64,000 nt of DNA. Source: a virus. The DNA lies in IMG/VR virus record IMGVR_UViG_3300050821_001948, positions 66,644 through 130,643 of that record, one strand, 5' to 3'. The notes beneath the pieces were generated by a model. The model was not told where the DNA came from, did no database searches, and saw only the letters and a list, made by a program, of their open reading frames with translations. The stretch's first letter is position 1. Every line of letters begins with the position of its first letter. Shown here one piece after another: positions 54,726-64,000 of the stretch. The position numbers and the translations under genes are program-made.

Positions 54726-56537
54726 ATGCCTACTCCACCTTACGTAGAACAGACGTGGAATAATGGCGCCCTGGGTGGGACGCCGTTGGCTGCTAGGCGC
54801 CTCAATCCCATGGAGGTTGGTATCTTCAATGCAACCCAGGGCGTTATTGCCCTAGAGGCTGCGGTGGCTACTTTGACGTCCCCTTCTGGTATTGTTCAGG
54901 TTGGTAGTGGTGCGCCAGGTATTGGAACCCCAACTTTCCCTCCCATCTACCTAGATACTAGTGTTACCCCTCGCGCTACCTGGATGTACGAGACGGATAC
55001 GGCCGTCTGGATCGAGGTTGTATCCGACCTGTTTCAGCATGCGAGTGGTGCACCAACTGGTCTTACCCCCACATTCCCTAAGTTCTACATTGATAGCTCT
55101 ACAACACCTTGGCATATTTACGCATATGACGGATCAGCGTGGCACCTAGTTGGTGACAGCGACACAGTTCCTAGTGCTATTCAGTTTGGTTCTGGCGCAC
55201 CCGGTTCCACCACGAGCCCACCCGTCCTCTACGCGGACACGAGCACTACACCATGGTCAGTCTACGTATACCATTCTGGCGCTTGGCACATAACGGGTGA
55301 TAGTGATGTGGACTCTGCTCCAATCCAGTTCGGGGCTGGTACACCTGGGGTAACATCTCCCCCGACGACTCCTATTATCTATGCAGATACAACTACAGTT
55401 CCGTTTACAATCTGGGTGTATGAAGCATCAGCTTGGAACCAAGCTGGTGGGAGTGCACCGATTCAGTTTGGAGCCGGAACTCCCGCTGTCACAACTCCAC
55501 CAACTACTCCGATTCTTTATGCTGATACCACGACTACACCGTGGGAGATTTGGGTTTACGATTCAGGAACCTGGCATTTAACCGGAGATGGTTCGGGAGG
55601 CGGTGGAACCCCGGTTCAATTTGGTTCGGGAACCCCAGCTATAACTAGCCCGACCTCTCCGCCTATGATTTATGTAGATAGCTCTACGGTTCCCGAGACC
55701 CCTTATGCCTGGGATGGTTCTGTGTGGCAACTGCTAGTTCCATCTATTTTGAACCCCACAGCGTCTACTCATATCTTAACTTCAACTCGTGGGGTTAATG
55801 ATCCTTCGATTAATGCAGGCGCTGTTGCGCAAGATACCTTAACGGGAGGCGTGGCTTACACTGTTGATTTTCCTAACACTGGGTTATATGTCGGAGATGT
55901 TCCAACAGGGCAAGATTTCCAGATAGTCGATGCAGAGGCTGCAATCATAACCATCCTAACGTTTAAGGGAATTTCGAATTGCTTGGTAAGAATAGATGAG
56001 ATTGTCACATTTTATGGGCTAGCGCAGGGTGACACCGTATATGTATCTACGTGGGATCAAAGTTTTACGCAGGTAGATACGTCAGGCGTTTTGGTCTGTC
56101 GGGCGATCTTTAGTGATAACCAGATTCCAAGTACTGATGTTTGTATTGATCAAGTTTTCACAAACACACTAGTTCCTCAAATTGGATTCATTTTAGATAC
56201 GGCATCAACTACAGTTGGTGTAGATGCTCAGGTTATCTGTAGGGTTCAGGCTGGTGTTCCTAATTCTGATACGACCTTGCGTGCCACGGCTGTTACGGGT
56301 TTATCAGGTAACACCAGCGTTTCTGGCCAGATTACCCTCTCTTGGACCGCTGGTGTTGGTGGTGGAGCCGTGCTGGACTTTGTAGTCCAAGATCTATCTT
56401 CTGGACTGAGCTATGTGACCACGTCGTCACCTAAGCTCATTACTGGTCTTTCTGCTGGCTCTAGAACATTTGTCGTTACAGCCAGAAGTGCGTATGGCTA
56501 TAGCGCTCAGACTTCCGGAACGTACACAATAACGTGA
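54726..56537 (+). CDS. minor tail/receptor-binding protein with six tandem ~45-aa repeats and C-terminal Fn3-like domain
   Basis: QFGSG.P....P..Y.DTSTTPW...Y....W repeats; LSW...ITGL.AG...F.V.A. Confidence 0.7.
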   Translation: MPTPPYVEQTWNNGALGGTPLAARRLNPMEVGIFNATQGVIALEAAVATLTSPSGIVQVGSGAPGIGTPTFPPIYLDTSVTPRATWMYETDTAVWIEVVSDLFQHASGAPTGLTPTFPKFYIDSSTTPWHIYAYDGSAWHLVGDSDTVPSAIQFGSGAPGSTTSPPVLYADTSTTPWSVYVYHSGAWHITGDSDVDSAPIQFGAGTPGVTSPPTTPIIYADTTTVPFTIWVYEASAWNQAGGSAPIQFGAGTPAVTTPPTTPILYADTTTTPWEIWVYDSGTWHLTGDGSGGGGTPVQFGSGTPAITSPTSPPMIYVDSSTVPETPYAWDGSVWQLLVPSILNPTASTHILTSTRGVNDPSINAGAVAQDTLTGGVAYTVDFPNTGLYVGDVPTGQDFQIVDAEAAIITILTFKGISNCLVRIDEIVTFYGLAQGDTVYVSTWDQSFTQVDTSGVLVCRAIFSDNQIPSTDVCIDQVFTNTLVPQIGFILDTASTTVGVDAQVICRVQAGVPNSDTTLRATAVTGLSGNTSVSGQITLSWTAGVGGGAVLDFVVQDLSSGLSYVTTSSPKLITGLSAGSRTFVVTARSAYGYSAQTSGTYTIT

Positions 56538-56923
56538 GCGCTAACGGACGTTGGAAATTCCATGACCCAGAGGGTAATCTTGCTGATTACATATTCCACA
56601 CAAACCCCAACCAGCAAGATGCTGCGGATATCCCACTTGACCAAGATACACCCATCCCTACCCAGGACGGCACGCAGGGTGTAATGACAGCAATCCAGGG
56701 GCCACAGCCTTGGACATTCTCTGGAACGTCTATGACTCAGGCTCAGATTGATATGTTCCAGACTTGGATTGACAATGGGCGTAACATAGAGGTAACTGAC
56801 CATTACAATCAAACCTGGCTTATTCAATTGAGTGACATTTCTACGATTACCCGAAAGAATGCACACCACTCTTCTGCCAGAATTAATTGGACCCTAACAG
56901 GATTCATGATAGGTAGAATTTAA
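56534..56923 (+). CDS. distal-tail-like protein
   Basis: W.F.DP....Y.F..NP; W.FSG. Confidence 0.55.
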   Translation: MSANGRWKFHDPEGNLADYIFHTNPNQQDAADIPLDQDTPIPTQDGTQGVMTAIQGPQPWTFSGTSMTQAQIDMFQTWIDNGRNIEVTDHYNQTWLIQLSDISTITRKNAHHSSARINWTLTGFMIGRI

Positions 56924-59115
56924 TGCGTCTCCTACAAGATACCACTCAACACGACACGTGGCTCTCAGGCCAGTATACTGGGCGCAATAAGCCCTACGCG
57001 AGAGCTACTGTTCAGCGCACCAACATCCACGTTGGTTCAGCATGGACCCCACGTAAGCCATTGGATGGTAGCATAACTACAGATAATAGTTTCACGGCTA
57101 GCAGTAATAGTAATGATGCTTATGCATCATATTATTGGGGTAACCTAGATGCGCCTCGTGAGCTTCCTAATATAAAGTCTATTACATGGAATCGTAGCAT
57201 TGGTCAGGATGCCGGGACCTTGACGATGGTTCTCTATAACACTCGCGCACTTCCTCTTGGTGTGGCTCCAGATCCGGATGATACTGCCGTTGATCAAGCT
57301 GGTTTTTATGACTTCCATAGGGGAAGCGGGGGTAACCGTTGGGATCATTCACCCACAGCCTGGACTAACCGGCTATACCCTGATGCGATGATTAAGACTT
57401 ATGAAGGTTATGGTATTGATCGCGATCTTCCTCCTGATCTAGATACTCATATGACACCTTCTGGTGTTTGGTTCATTGATAAGATCGAAATTAATACGGA
57501 CAAGACTATTACCGTAACGGCGCGCGATTCAATGCGCCTACTTATCGATCAAATCTGCTTCCCGCCAATTATCCCCGTGGGAATGTATCCAGTCCTCTTC
57601 TCTCACAAGCACCCTGTTGCTAATCCCCCTATAGCACACGTATCTACAGCCTGGGTTCATCCTACATATTTCCACGATTCAGATGTACCTTATATTGGAG
57701 CTAACGGTAACGAGCACGGTCATCATGCAACTGATTCATTCGATGGCGACTTAAATACATACTGGCTTTCCATTGGTAACGGTAGCCCGGTTTCAGATTA
57801 TGCCTTTGAATACGTCGAGGGTACTATTCCTAGTAGCACTGTTAGCGCATTTAGAATAGCCGTCAAGGGTGGCCCATATCAGGTATTTGTTTCAGTTGGA
57901 GATGGAACGAACTGGCAGGGTGGCGCTGTCATACCTTACAACCCCAGAGACCCGGTGTCAGCTCCCAACGGTAGCGATGTACCCTATGTGCTTTCCACTT
58001 CAGTGGCAGCAGATTCAACAACTGTAATTCCACTACCTACATTCAGTGGTATTTCTCATGTGCGTATCACCTTCCATGACTTGTGGAATTCTGGTATAGG
58101 TCCGTTTAGATACAGGGCTGCCCTTAGGGACTTCCAGGTTGCCACTGGGGTTACCACTTACACCGATGGTGGTACGCACATCGAGGGTAACTACCAGGAC
58201 TTCAGCGATATCCCTGAGATGTTCGCTGCGTATGCTGGGTTCTGGTGGCCAGATGACACCAACGACTTCTATTTAGATAGCGATGGTGGTAGGCACGTCT
58301 ACCCCCCAACTCCTGATCCCGTTCTTGCTAGGGGTGCATTATGGGGAGATATAGAGAAGTCAGGAACTTTTGCAGGTGCAGGTGCAGGCCCGCTGGATGC
58401 TGGGATTGACATACCGTATGATGTCTTTGATAAGAAACCACTCATGGATGGCGTCAGTTATATCCGGGACATCCTAGGATTCATTTGTTATTGTGATGAG
58501 ACTGGTGGATTCATCTTCAGAAGCCCCAACATTTGGTCTGTTGGAAATAACTTGATTCTTCCTGGTCATCGTATTCTAACAGAGGGCAGTAGGACTGCCG
58601 ACTCAGTTGTTATCGATGAGAACCAAACCATCATCTCCCTTACGACGACACTGGATAGTAGCAATGTGCGAGAGCGTATCGTTGTTGCTAACATTGGAGG
58701 GTCATTTGGAGCCGTAACTGCGGGCTTCAATCCTTACAACCTACCCCCAACTGGGTTTAGGCGTGTCGGTGTTTGGTCCGACCAGTACTTTACCACCGAA
58801 GAGGAATGCCAGAAAATGGCCGATCTCATCGCACTTCGCCAGCTATTCACGTATTACACTGATAAGATAACGATCCCCGGAAATCCAGAGATTCAAATTG
58901 ATGACCAGGTAACTGTTATAGAAAGAGTAACTGAAGCGGCTGACCAGCATTACGTGATTGGTATAACTTCTTCGCTCGACAATGAGACGGGTAAGTGGAC
59001 CTATGAATTAGATACCCACTGGCTGGGAATCTCCGCCTTCTCTAACTGGGCGTTTGATCCGGCGAATCTGTCTGAAGAAACTCAGTTGTATCTTACCGAG
59101 CTAGGGAAACTCTAA
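56923..59115 (+). CDS. tail tip/baseplate hub protein with discoidin-like insert
   Basis: FDGDLNTYWLS; DETGGFIFR; IPGNPEIQIDDQV. Confidence 0.7.
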   Translation: MRLLQDTTQHDTWLSGQYTGRNKPYARATVQRTNIHVGSAWTPRKPLDGSITTDNSFTASSNSNDAYASYYWGNLDAPRELPNIKSITWNRSIGQDAGTLTMVLYNTRALPLGVAPDPDDTAVDQAGFYDFHRGSGGNRWDHSPTAWTNRLYPDAMIKTYEGYGIDRDLPPDLDTHMTPSGVWFIDKIEINTDKTITVTARDSMRLLIDQICFPPIIPVGMYPVLFSHKHPVANPPIAHVSTAWVHPTYFHDSDVPYIGANGNEHGHHATDSFDGDLNTYWLSIGNGSPVSDYAFEYVEGTIPSSTVSAFRIAVKGGPYQVFVSVGDGTNWQGGAVIPYNPRDPVSAPNGSDVPYVLSTSVAADSTTVIPLPTFSGISHVRITFHDLWNSGIGPFRYRAALRDFQVATGVTTYTDGGTHIEGNYQDFSDIPEMFAAYAGFWWPDDTNDFYLDSDGGRHVYPPTPDPVLARGALWGDIEKSGTFAGAGAGPLDAGIDIPYDVFDKKPLMDGVSYIRDILGFICYCDETGGFIFRSPNIWSVGNNLILPGHRILTEGSRTADSVVIDENQTIISLTTTLDSSNVRERIVVANIGGSFGAVTAGFNPYNLPPTGFRRVGVWSDQYFTTEEECQKMADLIALRQLFTYYTDKITIPGNPEIQIDDQVTVIERVTEAADQHYVIGITSSLDNETGKWTYELDTHWLGISAFSNWAFDPANLSEETQLYLTELGKL

Positions 59116-59117
59116 CC

Positions 59118-59549
59118 ATGGCGCAGAATGATGTTTTCAATAGCATGGAATCTCGCCGTGCAAAGGTCGCTCAGGTACAAGAGAACTCGGCTCGCCCCGG
59201 ACGGGTTCTTTCTAGCTATACCGCAACCGGATTGGGAACGGTAATTGAGCCCCAGTGTTTTACTTTCGGTGCCGCCTTCACGGATAAGCCTCATTTTTCC
59301 TTTGGTTCAGAGATACTTACGGATATAACATCCGTACCACAGCAACCTCCACTATGTATTGCTAGCGTCTATCGTTGGCGTCAGTTAGCTAATGGTCTTT
59401 ATACGGGGGCCTACTGTACTTTCTATGTTGGTTCACTTGTTAGCGGTTTAGGTTCTTATGAGGTCGAGTTCCACCTGACCTTCGAGGGTATTCTAATTAA
59501 GCATTTCATCGCCAGCTTGGGCTTTCCGGTTCAGGATTTGGATATCTGA
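59118..59549 (+). CDS. minor tail protein
   Basis: synteny. Confidence 0.55.
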   Translation: MAQNDVFNSMESRRAKVAQVQENSARPGRVLSSYTATGLGTVIEPQCFTFGAAFTDKPHFSFGSEILTDITSVPQQPPLCIASVYRWRQLANGLYTGAYCTFYVGSLVSGLGSYEVEFHLTFEGILIKHFIASLGFPVQDLDI

Positions 59550-59641
59550 TGGCGCTAAGTGGAGTAATAGGTACTACTAAGGTTAATACTGGTAATACGA
59601 TCCAGACAAAGAGCCCAGGTGGTAGTGGAACTGTTTCATAG
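59549..59641 (+). CDS. small hypothetical peptide (30 aa)
   Basis: TGATG coupling to upstream gene. Confidence 0.35.
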   Translation: MALSGVIGTTKVNTGNTIQTKSPGGSGTVS

Positions 59642-59702
59642 CCTAGGTTATTTGCCGATATAGACACTATGGCAAACCTCCCCGAGCGACGTAGGTGAAA
59701 TA

Positions 59703-60098
59703 GTGTCCAACTTCTTGAATACGGTTGAATTCATCTCCACAGCTACTGTTGTTATTACAGCTCTCATCACGGTTTTCGCCGCTACTACTCGGTATCTTTT
59801 TAAGACATTCAAGAAGTTCAACTACTTCTTCAGCGATTTCTACGGGGAGCCAGCTCGTCTTGGGGTACCGGCTAAGATAGGTATTATTGAGCGCATCGCT
59901 GGTCTAGAGCAGGTGTCTAGCCTCAATCATCAAATGATACAGCAGGTGTTGGCGGAGACGACAGCAAACCACGGCAGCTCGATGCGTGATGACATTACTA
60001 GAATTCACCAAGCTACCACAGGTGAACCGTCTCCCGCTTCGACCGACGCTTTCAGGTCTGGGCAATACAGTGACCCGTCTCATGTTGGTGGAGTTTAG
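59703..60098 (+). CDS. membrane protein (lysis-region)
   Basis: N-terminal TM; GEPAR.GV..GIIER; NHGSSMRD. Confidence 0.7.
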   Translation: MSNFLNTVEFISTATVVITALITVFAATTRYLFKTFKKFNYFFSDFYGEPARLGVPAKIGIIERIAGLEQVSSLNHQMIQQVLAETTANHGSSMRDDITRIHQATTGEPSPASTDAFRSGQYSDPSHVGGV

Positions 60099-60115
60099 CC
60101 CGAGGGGTTTATGTC

Positions 60116-60304
60116 ATGGATATAGAGGGTAAGTTCTTCCTTGAAGAGTATCATGATCCTGACTGCGGACGCCCTAAGGGTCGCGGTAGACCTAAACGTG
60201 GATGGGTAAAAGTTGAGGCAACATTCTCAGATGGTCCAGATGGACGCTGGTACTGTGGCTGGAACTGTGTGAAGGAACTTGCAGAGCGTCACTTATCTGA
60301 ATAA
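60116..60304 (+). CDS. hypothetical protein
   Basis: ORF track; GAGGGG RBS. Confidence 0.55.
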   Translation: MDIEGKFFLEEYHDPDCGRPKGRGRPKRGWVKVEATFSDGPDGRWYCGWNCVKELAERHLSE

Positions 60305-60320
60305 GGAGGGACGTGATACA

Positions 60321-60392
60321 ATGTTATTAGAAGTCCTAATTGTTATTGGAATAATCGTGGGTGTTATTTGGATATTCAAGCACGTCCACTGA
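60321..60392 (+). CDS. small single-TM peptide (23 aa)
   Basis: AGGAGG RBS; MLLEVLIVIGIIVGVIWIFKHVH. Confidence 0.5.
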   Translation: MLLEVLIVIGIIVGVIWIFKHVH

Positions 60393-60405
60393 TTGAAAGG
60401 AAGTC

Positions 60406-60861
60406 ATGACTACTCTCTCTACTGATATTAAGCCTGGTTGGACCACTTCGGAATGGTGGTCAACTACTCTGGTTCACATTCTATCTGCCGTAGCACTTGT
60501 CCTGACCGATCTTCATGTCAACTGGTCCCACCTGACTGCGGTTCAGGCATCCGTCCCTGTGGTAGCCTTGATCGTGTCAGGTGCTGCGCAGCTACTTTAC
60601 GCTAACAAGCGAACTGCTTTGAAAATTGCTAAGCTTCAGAGCGATGCGGCAGTAATCATTACTCATGAGAAATCACTAGTAACGAACGTTTCCAATCAGC
60701 TCTCACCTCTAGTTTCTGCTGTTACGGCATATCCTACAGCTTTTGGGACTACGGTCGGGACTGTCGTGAGTGATGTTGAGCATGTAGCTTCGCTGGCTGA
60801 TGCAGTTATTGACACTGCCAAGGGTGAAGAGGTTGCTCTAGGGACCGGAGTGCACAGCTAA
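60406..60861 (+). CDS. holin-like protein
   Basis: KPGWTTSEWW followed by two TM helices. Confidence 0.65.
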   Translation: MTTLSTDIKPGWTTSEWWSTTLVHILSAVALVLTDLHVNWSHLTAVQASVPVVALIVSGAAQLLYANKRTALKIAKLQSDAAVIITHEKSLVTNVSNQLSPLVSAVTAYPTAFGTTVGTVVSDVEHVASLADAVIDTAKGEEVALGTGVHS

Positions 60862-60877
60862 CTCTCCTTGCTCCAAC

Positions 60878-60916
60878 GACATCCCGCCCCTGACATAATT
60901 TACGGGGCGGGATGTC
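60878..60916. terminator. hairpin ending late operon
   Basis: GACATCCCGCCCC...GGGGCGGGATGTC 13-bp inverted repeat. Confidence 0.7.
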
Positions 60917-60996
60917 TGCTATAGTAAAGAAGTTCCTGGCAGAGAATTGTCAGACCTTGATGCTATGGTTGATTCATTCAGAATCTTGGAGTCACA

Positions 60997-61911
60997 TTGC
61001 TTTTACATCAAAGCGACCTTTCCGCCCTGGCTAGGTGTCCAGCTCAATATGGATATCGCCGCGCGGGCGTAGCTTCCTCTTCAAATAGTGCCTCGGCCTA
61101 TGGGTCAGTCATGCACTATGCGATTCACGTGTACGAACGCCTGATTCACCAGGCTAAAATAGATTACAAGCCTCGGTCGGAAGAGATGAAGGCCGCTCGG
61201 GCGCTTGCGCTTAGGACTGCTTTAGAGACATTCGTTCACTATTGGGAACCAATGAACATAGAGCAGATTTGTGAGCCGGTACCGAACGATGGCTGGCTAC
61301 CCAGGCAGGGATATTCCGAGATGCGCGCCAGGGGTATTGCCGCCTTGCGTAGCTACCATGATAACTTCCCGTACGACCAGCATACCGTACTCGGTCTTGA
61401 GTACAGCTTTATAGTTCCCATCGATGGAACTTGGGATGCTGATCTGAATGAACCGCATATGCTGGCGGGTTCAATCGACCGTTTGGTTGAGCGCCCCCGT
61501 AAGGCCAAGTTAGTTCTCTCTGTGGACGACTTTAAGAGCGGTAAGGAACAGAAGTACTTGCGCCACAACATGCAGGGGTCAGCCTATTGTTATGCGACCA
61601 CTAAGCTTGAGTTTTGGCAAGGCTTCCGAGGTGAAGATGGTTTCGGGGAGAAGCGCGGCGCTGATCTATTCGAGAGGTTCCAGGGAGTTGAGCGAAGATT
61701 CCGCTGGGTTAACCTTAGAACCGTCGAATACAATGACGGCGGTATCAGGGAAACCCTTGACTACCAGCGGTTTGCGCTTGCTGTAGAACAGTTCGTAGCA
61801 CTAGTCAAGGCTGATATTTATCCCTTGAGTATCAGTGGTGAGAATTGTAAGTTCTGCGACTTCAGAAATTTCTGCGGTGGCCTTGGTCTTCCCAAAGAAG
61901 AGGATGATTAA
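60997..61911 (+). CDS. PD-(D/E)xK RecB/Cas4-like exonuclease
   Basis: RCP, GSVMH, E, GSIDRL, DFKSG, Q..AY, CKFCDF..C. Confidence 0.85.
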   Translation: MLLHQSDLSALARCPAQYGYRRAGVASSSNSASAYGSVMHYAIHVYERLIHQAKIDYKPRSEEMKAARALALRTALETFVHYWEPMNIEQICEPVPNDGWLPRQGYSEMRARGIAALRSYHDNFPYDQHTVLGLEYSFIVPIDGTWDADLNEPHMLAGSIDRLVERPRKAKLVLSVDDFKSGKEQKYLRHNMQGSAYCYATTKLEFWQGFRGEDGFGEKRGADLFERFQGVERRFRWVNLRTVEYNDGGIRETLDYQRFALAVEQFVALVKADIYPLSISGENCKFCDFRNFCGGLGLPKEEDD

Positions 61912-61913
61912 TT

Positions 61914-62339
61914 ATGCTTTCTGGTACTCTCTCAAGAGAGATTTCCCTGTTCTCCCCCAGTGCTGTGGGTAGTGAAGTCCATGGCCGATCTAATTCCTCT
62001 TCATTTATGAAGTCGCTTTTAGAGTTGCGTATAGGTCGGGAGTGGGATGTCGATGCACTCTGTCAGCAGGTCGACCCAGACATTTTCTTCCCATCTAAGG
62101 GAGTTCAGCCTAAGTCAGCTACGGGCACATGTGGCTTATGTGATGTTCGTGGGAAATGCTTGGAGTATGCTCTCAAGTTTGATCCTCAGGATGACCAAGG
62201 GGTTTGGGGTGGAACTACCGAGCGGGAGCGTAAGGTTATTCGGAATGCGCTGAAGCGCGGTATCGAAGTTGACTATGAGAATGTGGACCTCGAAAGTCTT
62301 TCCAATCTAGTAGCAGAGTACGATAACCAAAAATCTTAG
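61914..62339 (+). CDS. whiB: WhiB-family transcription factor (start may be 62007)
   Basis: ALCQQVDPDIFFP...CGLCDVRGKCLEYAL...GVWGGTTERER. Confidence 0.92.
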   Translation: MLSGTLSREISLFSPSAVGSEVHGRSNSSSFMKSLLELRIGREWDVDALCQQVDPDIFFPSKGVQPKSATGTCGLCDVRGKCLEYALKFDPQDDQGVWGGTTERERKVIRNALKRGIEVDYENVDLESLSNLVAEYDNQKS

Positions 62340-62415
62340 TTTGTTCGGGCGTGTCGTCCTGTGAGGCGGCGGCACTCATGGAATCATTAAGCTATTCACC
62401 AAGGAAGAAGGATTA

Positions 62416-63873
62416 ATGGGATTACGTATACAAACGACGGGGCTGGAGCAGTATGCACCCGGTGGTCTTGCTCATATTAAAGCACTCATCATCGGTGGTC
62501 CCGGTGTTGGTAAGACTCGCTGGTCGAGTTATTTCCCTCGGGCTCTGTATGCAAACTGTGAGGGCGGTCTAGCCTCAGTTGCTGACCGTGGTGTTCAGTT
62601 CGTAGACATTTCTAATAGCAAGCAGATGCTTGACCTTTTAGTTGAACTTGATGCTGAATGTAACCGCCCGCTGGCGGCTCGGCACTTCGACACAATCGTT
62701 ATTGATACCATCGATGCTTTCCAGCGGAAGGTCCAGGATGAGTGGCTATTAAAGAACCCCAACGAGGCAGCTTTCCGAGGATTCGAGGCATGGGGCTATC
62801 TTGATAGCAAGATGCAGATGTTGCTCACTCGCCTATTGAACCTCAAGATCAACGTGATTGTTTTGTGCCACTACGAAGACAAGATTATCACTGAGGGTGC
62901 CGGAAATGATGCCGTTCAGCGCCGTGAGTATCAGCTTCAGTTGTCAGGAAAGGTCAAGGAGAGAATCTTCAACGACTTCGATCTTGTTGGCTGGATGGAC
63001 ACTCACTATGAGGCAGAGGCTGGTAAGCGCGTTCAGAAGCGTAGTCTTACGTTCCAACCAACGCCTGATAAGCCGTTCTTAAAGGACCGCCTTAATGCGA
63101 CTCCTGAGAAGATCGACGTTTCATTCTCTGAGGCTGATTACTTCGTTCTTTTTGAGTCTATTGTTTCAAGGCTTGATGAGTTCAAGGAAACTCAGGACTT
63201 CGGAGAGATCCCCAGTTACGATGGTGACGAGACACCCATTGTCATTCCACCAATTCAGTCTGGTGGTGCCCTACCTGAGATTACCCCACAGGAGATCCCA
63301 CTCATTCAGCACGACAAGGTTACTCTTCAGAAGATGGCTAGAGACCTTGGGATTAAGTTTGCGGGGAACATCGTTAAGAGCGAGCTAGTTACTTTGATTG
63401 AGGATCACCTAAAGCCTAAGGAAACCGGCGATATCCCTGAGGCTAACACCCCGGTGGAAGATGTTGCTCCGGAACCCGTTGTAACCACTGAAGAAGCATC
63501 GGTTGAGGCACCTGAACCAGAGGTTATTGATGAGGTTCCTGACGGAGTGGTGGATGAGGTTACCGGAGTCTTTACTGAGACCCCTTCTGTGGTTGAGGAT
63601 GCCGTAGCTGCCATTCAAGATGTTATCGGGGCACAGGATTTGAGTAAGCCAGATCCTAAGCTTGTCGACACCCCTGTGGTTGTTTCCTCTGAGTCAGCTC
63701 CGAGTGAACAGAAAGCTACTACGAAGACTCATAGGTGCGAGGTCTGTGATAAAGATCTAGCTCAAGAGCCGGATACGGACAGGGTAACGTTAGCTTGGAT
63801 TAAGGTTCGTAAGAGGTTATGTAATGAGCATTGGCGTGAAGAGCAAATAGCTCGCGGATTTATTAAGGCATAG
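62416..63873 (+). CDS. Sak4-like AAA ATPase (ssDNA annealing) with acidic tail and zinc finger
   Basis: GGPGVGKT, IVIDTID, LCH, LKDR. Confidence 0.8.
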   Translation: MGLRIQTTGLEQYAPGGLAHIKALIIGGPGVGKTRWSSYFPRALYANCEGGLASVADRGVQFVDISNSKQMLDLLVELDAECNRPLAARHFDTIVIDTIDAFQRKVQDEWLLKNPNEAAFRGFEAWGYLDSKMQMLLTRLLNLKINVIVLCHYEDKIITEGAGNDAVQRREYQLQLSGKVKERIFNDFDLVGWMDTHYEAEAGKRVQKRSLTFQPTPDKPFLKDRLNATPEKIDVSFSEADYFVLFESIVSRLDEFKETQDFGEIPSYDGDETPIVIPPIQSGGALPEITPQEIPLIQHDKVTLQKMARDLGIKFAGNIVKSELVTLIEDHLKPKETGDIPEANTPVEDVAPEPVVTTEEASVEAPEPEVIDEVPDGVVDEVTGVFTETPSVVEDAVAAIQDVIGAQDLSKPDPKLVDTPVVVSSESAPSEQKATTKTHRCEVCDKDLAQEPDTDRVTLAWIKVRKRLCNEHWREEQIARGFIKA

Positions 63874-63886
63874 GGAGAATAAGAAT

Positions 63887-64000
63887 ATGGGTTACACAAC
63901 AGAACTTGAAGATGGTAGCCAGGAGCAGGTCGAGCGTGAGCAAATTCCTGCCGACCTGATCGCAGCAGCGAATATCGTTAGCATTGAACTAAATGAGTTC
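63887..64000 (+). CDS. partial ORF, possibly ssDNA-binding protein
   Basis: GGGAG RBS; follows Sak4-like gene; truncated by window. Confidence 0.45.
   Translation, partial: MGYTTELEDGSQEQVEREQIPADLIAAANIVSIELNEF

Noticed and set aside
40195-59549. Diversity-generating retroelement or invertible tail cassette
   Set aside because: No reverse transcriptase or invertase and no near-identical template/variable repeat seen by eye
60997-61911. CRISPR system suggested by the Cas4-like nuclease
   Set aside because: No repeat-spacer array or other cas genes; solo Cas4/RecB-like nucleases are common in phage recombination modules
1-64000. Stop-codon reassignment
   Set aside because: Long genes are intact in the standard code, all three stops are used, and no suppressor tRNA was found

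Overview
Left and central ~64 kb of a large lytic actinobacterial siphophage (organisation reminiscent of big Streptomyces-type phages; host not determinable from sequence). Layout: a GC-richer leftward early/terminal block with a repeated upstream motif (1-1.5 kb); papain-like protein and amidase endolysin (2.5-4.7 kb); small accessory genes; a ~7.3 kb non-coding-rich array (8.5-15.85 kb) with about 34 recognisable tRNAs covering all 20 amino acids, tmRNA, four aberrant tRNA-like RNAs, several structured spacers, two HNH endonucleases, a GGQ release-factor homologue and an Rpf; an RNA-repair block (Rnl1-type ligase, Pnkp, RlaP-type nucleotidyltransferase); terminase, portal, 2H-phosphoesterase/protease fusion, scaffold, capsid, fibres, neck, tail, tape measure, minor tail proteins and holin; then the start of the replication/recombination genes. 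Most notable: (1) a tRNA-Met gene split by a 531-bp CGGG-flanked cassette that carries an HNH nuclease, its own late promoter and a complete replacement tRNA-Met nested inside the broken one; (2) a leader-peptide/terminator attenuator heading the tRNA array; (3) a sigma28/WhiG-like GCCGATA element 7-8 nt before many late start codons (leaderless late regulon); (4) tRNA-like decoy candidates and unnamed structured ncRNAs; (5) an Acb1-like 2H domain built into the head-maturation protein. All calls were made by eye, with no database searches.
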